From contig NZ_CAIPNF010000070.1 of NCBI RefSeq assembly GCF_903866365.1, forward strand, positions 1 to 24,000: a stretch of 24,000 nt of DNA, written 5' to 3'. Shown here piece after piece: positions 23,801 to 24,000 of the stretch. This DNA comes from an uncultured Thiocystis sp. Lineage in GTDB: Bacteria; Pseudomonadota; Gammaproteobacteria; Chromatiales; Chromatiaceae. Under the pieces are notes generated by a model. It did not search any database. It was not told the DNA's origin and saw only the letters and a list, made by a program, of their open reading frames with translations. Position numbers and translations under genes: made by a program. The first letter of the stretch is position 1. The number at the start of each line of letters is the position of its first letter.

Positions 23801-23826
23801 ACATCAGGGAATCACATCAGGGAATC
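23801..23826. repeat. Perfect 13-bp tandem duplication spanning the moxR stop codon
   Basis: acatcagggaatc (23801-23813) is followed directly by acatcagggaatc (23814-23826). The second copy holds the last moxR codons and its stop (tca, 23817-23819). Confidence 0.9.
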
Positions 23827-24000
23827 GCCACCAACGTCAACAACCGATTCACAAAGGCATCCGTGGTCACGCCCTCGGCCTCGGCCTCGAAGGTCAGCAA
23901 AATCCGATGCCGCAGGATCTCGGGCGCGACGGACTGGATATGCTGGGGCGTGACGAAGGTGTCGCCGTCCAGCCAGGCGCGGGCGCGGGCGCAGCGGGCG
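23817..24000 (-). CDS. moxR: MoxR-family AAA+ ATPase, C-terminal 60 codons (5' part lies beyond the right edge)
   Basis: My translation is ..ARARAWLDGDTFVTPQHIQSVAPEILRHRILLTFEAEAEGVTTDAFVNRLLTLVAIP*, which matches the MoxR C-terminal lid region (V.P.di..la..vL.HRi.l..eA...g). The operon context also fits. Confidence 0.8.
   Translation of the reverse strand, partial: ARCARARAWLDGDTFVTPQHIQSVAPEILRHRILLTFEAEAEGVTTDAFVNRLLTLVAIP

Overview
High-GC (about 63-66%) proteobacterial chromosome, probably a gammaproteobacterium (taxonomy unverified). Almost every gene is on the minus strand. There are three core blocks.
(1) Positions 1-10494: an aromatic/serine supraoperon read right to left, gyrA-serC-serA-pheA-[Uma2 endonuclease]-hisC-tyrA.
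(2) Positions 12599-14657: an outer-membrane beta-barrel gene and alr.
(3) Positions 14773-24000: a MoxR/Bat-type aerotolerance operon, moxR-[island]-DUF58-DUF4381-batA-batB-batC-batD, with start/stop overlaps between most genes.
Four accessory elements sit on this backbone and carry most of the interest.
(a) gyrA holds an in-frame 519-aa intein with all splicing residues intact and an HNH (not LAGLIDADG) endonuclease followed by a repeat array. It is inserted between Gly110 and Ser111, 11 residues before the catalytic Tyr122. That is not the classical mycobacterial GyrA intein site.
(b) A complete 1766-bp IS200/IS605-family element (divergent tnpA/tnpB) lies 120 bp upstream of the gyrA ATG. 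Its ends, subterminal hairpins, guide tetranucleotides, TTAC target and predicted TnpB omega-RNA guide can all be read from the sequence.
(c) A 2.0-kb low-GC island splits moxR from the DUF58 gene. It carries a DUF4258/YgiT-zinc-finger toxin-antitoxin pair, a secreted protein, a SEC-C-motif protein coupled to a small acidic ORF, two 32-nt direct repeats and a 13-bp perfect tandem duplication at its border.
(d) A low-GC Uma2-family endonuclease gene is wedged between pheA and hisC.
GTAG-headed REP/REPIN palindromes occur in intergenic gaps. No rRNA, tRNA or CRISPR array was seen. The many long antisense ORFs in the track are high-GC artefacts.
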